In this document: piece by piece, positions 60,851 through 64,000 of the stretch
Numbering within the stretch: the first letter of the stretch is position 1
How the letters are laid out: every line of letters starts with the position of its first letter
From: Fistulifera solaris
Lineage: Eukaryota
Direction of reading: 5' to 3'
Length of the DNA: 64,000 bases
Assembly (NCBI GenBank): GCA_030295235.1
Contig: AP026145.1
Coordinates: 62,001-126,000 of the forward strand
The notes under the pieces: generated by a model
The model's database searches: none
The model's input: the letters and a program-made list of their open reading frames with translations, nothing else
Told to the model about the DNA's origin: nothing
Made by a program: the position numbers and the translations under genes

Positions 60851-62157
60851 TTAAATAATATGTCCTTCACTGTTCAGTAACCGCTCATCAAAAGGTCGGT
60901 GACGGCCCGAAAGAATTTGCGGAGTTAGTTCAAGACGAGACTCGACAGCAGAAAGCATTTTGGTATATTCATTTGCTTCCTTTGTGGGACGTTCTTTCTT
61001 CTCTTTCTTCAAAGCAGACGGCTTCAGTTGCTGCTCGATCATCCATGCGCGTGCGGGGTCGTTTGTCGCAGTAGTATGATTGTGAAACTCTTCGAGAGAT
61101 ACAGAAGAAAGACAAACTGGATCCATTTTGAACGCTTTGTCGCGTGGCTTTCTAGTGGAAGACAATCCTGAGTTATGCTTCGTTGGGTCTGAGCGGTGGC
61201 TCGACTCAGAAGAACTGTCGGATGTTTTCGCTGTGTAGCCGGAAGGAGTGGTGCCTTCCAAGGTGCGATCGCCCTCGGGAGCAAGACCATTCTTGGCGCT
61301 GCGTAAAGAAACTGCTTTCATCTTTTGAGACACAGTCAAGGCGGTGTTTTTCGATTTTGCCGCCTTCTTGGAAGATAGGTTCGTGTGCGCTTTAAGAGCC
61401 TCAAACTCTGCCACCTTGGATTCGTCTAGACTACTTTTGTGCTTGCGCCGTCCTGCAAGCAGGGTGCTGTACTCGGAGGAATCCAGCTTCTCACTTCCTT
61501 GACGGACCATCGGACCATGTTGGCTTTGTCTCTGATGAGGTGCCCCCTTTGGCCTGCCGTTCGTATCAACTTGACGTTGTGATGCCTTACTCATGTTATT
61601 GTATCCATGCTTGGCCTTGCTTGCATGCGAAGAAGTAGTCGATTTCGCATCCGCGTAGCTGCGTTCACTACAATCGAGGCTGGATATTACTGTTCCGTTG
61701 TCTCGGGGCATTCCTCGAAAGGATCGATTGAGGTGAGGCGCGCCACAGTTGAGAGGGTCTCCGATACTATGCACCGGTTCGTTGTACGGCAATCTGGAGG
61801 ATGCCATGAACCGATTATCAGTGATTGGTGCATTGGGCCAAGCGTAATGCGGAGGATACTGGTTGTATTCCATGGTTGGAGGGGGCATTGAATCCATCCC
61901 CGAAATGGGTGCCCATTGGTGTATAGCACGAGGATCGTTTGGCAAATGCCTGCCATTTGTAAGCGGTATTGTTAGCGGTATTGTAAGCGGTGCATTCTTA
62001 GATGGTGCGCCGTTTCCTGAAGTAAATCCGCCACCTTACTGAGGTTATCTCGTTGTTGTTTCAGTACTTCAATCATATATGTGTCATCACTTTGTTTCGA
62101 CTTGGTAGGAGCCATGCTCGCGTTAGGAGCTGCTGATGAGGCGCTCATAGGGGCCAT
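60851..62157 (-). CDS. low-complexity hypothetical protein; frame break at ~61960-61990
   Basis: 364-aa open frame 60851-61945 plus an upstream coiled-coil-like frame (IEVLKQQRDNLSKVADLLQE). The break coincides with a short local repeat of TGTAAGCGGTAT. Confidence 0.5.
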
Positions 62158-63740
62158 AGGACTCGTCACTTATCAACTTGCTTGAGGAGAATTCAACCTA
62201 CGAAAGAATTGAATGCTTGATAAATTTTAACGATGAGGACGGTGCTGGCGAATAATAAGCTCTGTGCATGTGATGATGATACCGTACCAGGTACGGAGTA
62301 CATGTAAACGGTGATGAGACTGTTCGGAGAAAACTAAAATAAACAGAAGAAAATCAAACGCGCCAAGCGCCAAGCGCCTTGCCAAGCGCCAGAGGGTGAA
62401 GACACAGAGCTAAAGAGAACACTAAATAAAACGGAGGGCCATTCGATTCCTCGCCACACTATGTAAGTTCGACAACTTTTAATTTAGAACACATAACACC
62501 ATGCTAAATATTTAATTCCTAATTTTCCTAAAATGCGGATGCATAATTCCTGAAAGTCATGACATCGTACATTTCAAGGCAGTGTACTTGTACTGTTTTT
62601 CTAGATTATAGTTAGAAGCTTATTGTTTCAAAACCGCGAAATGGTTCTACGCAAGCAACGATACAGAACAGTAGTGGTTCTTGTTCTAAAAAAGGTATAC
62701 CCGTCTAAGTATCATTAATTATTGAATAGCAGTATGCATTGACTAGCAAGTAACAAGTAGCCTTAAGCCTTAGGCTTGACAGGCACAGAGAGATGCAGGA
62801 TGCAGAATACAAATACCTGTACAACTAAAAATTAAAAGCAAGTAGGGCTTAAACCAAATTAAAGATTCTCCGCCTAATAAGTCGTTTTTATTATGAATTT
62901 ACTACGTACGTTGTGCTGAAATCTGAAATCAAACATTTTTTAAAAAATAAAACATCGAACCCTCTAGAGAACAGAGAACAGCCACACTTCGTGCACGCCG
63001 CACTCCGCACAGTGCACAGTGCGCCGCACAGTCCTCCTTTTATTATTGCGCATTCTTTTCATAAAAAAAAAACGTAAGGTTTTTCTTGTACAGTAACCTT
63101 ACTGTATTGGCTAAGGCGATTGGCTATTGGCTATTGGCTGTTTAGATCTTTGATCTCTGGTTTTTGTCCTTTGTCTCCCCGTTCGTTCGTTCCCTGTTCT
63201 CGGAGATCACACTGATCTCTCTAGCTAGAGAGAGATCAGAGTGAGTTCCCATATTTTATTTTTTATTTAAAAAAAATAGAACCGCATGAGTCTTTAGCAA
63301 TGAGCATATATAATCACAAATCACGAGGAGGAGTCTTGTGTATTGTAAGAAGTGAAGCTAATAGTTTTATGTTCTATGCTCTTATACTCCGTAGCTATCA
63401 TCTAATAGCATAATACACGATACACGGTACCTAAGACCTATAGTTAGCTAGAGTGAGATAGGTACCTGAACATCTAAGGTTACTCTCTCCATCTCTCTAG
63501 CTAGAGAAAAGAGAATACCTTCGGTAAGATACGAAAATTCTTGACAGACAAAAGAGGAACCAAGGCTAATCCCAGGTCATTTTAGTAAGGAAGAAAGCTG
63601 CACCCGAAATGCAAGCAGTAACACATAATTATAATAAAGAAAAACAATTTTTCTTCCAGGCGGTTTGTTGATTCCTTCAAAAACGATAGCGACTAGTGTT
63701 CTATTAATAATGCATCAACAAGCTTTTCTATCTGAGAGGT

Positions 63741-64000
63741 CTAATCGACTCCTGATCTTGTCCCAATTGGTCGTAGCGCTGCTGAAAGCGATAAACACTT
63801 GCATCCGCATCCGGCTGGGCACTCCTCCATTTTCAAAAACCAGCTTTGTAAATGATTCATGTGTCCGCCATGGCCGCAGCTATCGGAGATTGAAATAAGT
63901 TTGTTTCATTGCCGCTAGCATTGTTCAACCGAGCATTGACGTACCTTTTGCACACAGTAAACAGCCCTCGAACAGCGTTGTCGCAGATACTACATCGGAA
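63741..64000 (-). CDS. WDR59: 3' end of GATOR2/SEACAT subunit WDR59 (C-terminal RING); gene continues beyond window
   Basis: Splicing intron 63880-63944 gives FRCSICDNAVRGLFTVCKSCGHGGHMNHLQSWFLKMEECPAGCGCKC...*. This matches the WDR59/Sea3 C..C..VRG...C..CGHGGH..H...WF.....CP.GCGC.C pattern. Confidence 0.85.

Noticed and set aside
63665..63898. 77-aa plus-strand ORF
   Set aside because: It is the antisense shadow of the WDR59 terminal exon.
1..64000. tRNA, rRNA, autonomous transposase/RT or viral genes
   Set aside because: None recognised by eye; tRNAscan-SE, Infernal and a TE-domain HMM search would be needed to exclude them.

Overview
Eukaryotic nuclear DNA, very probably from a pennate diatom. 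This is inferred from compact genes, short GT-AG introns (65-156 nt), several signal-peptide+'AF' bipartite plastid presequences and secreted proteins with RxL-type motifs. About 26 protein genes can be supported. Recognisable ones: two cNMP-domain/D-lactate dehydrogenase fusions, a Patched/NPC1-like SSD protein, a SAM methyltransferase with two CCHC knuckles, COQ2, proline iminopeptidase, two TBL/PC-esterase-like genes around PrmA, Mpv17/PMP22 and an S4 pseudouridine synthase. Also present: a ~1400-aa PqiA-domain protein, a cytochrome-b5-type chitin synthase between two TPR-like paralogues, secreted Cys-to-Ser rhodanese-like proteins, a GH72 glucanosyltransferase, and the 3' end of WDR59, which the ORF track misses. 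Non-coding structure: a 1.55-kb tandem duplication, a 253-bp tandem repeat, a 2-kb higher-order satellite with a palindromic core plus two dispersed relatives, and a ~535-bp MITE-like element. Many genes break at homopolymer runs, most likely sequencing/assembly indels, so gene models are reconstructed by eye. Most interesting: two convergent paralogues built from an unrecognised CxF[ST]G...W repeat, the differently targeted cNMP-LDH pair, the PqiA plus large-ectodomain protein, and a chitin/beta-glucan cell-surface gene neighbourhood.
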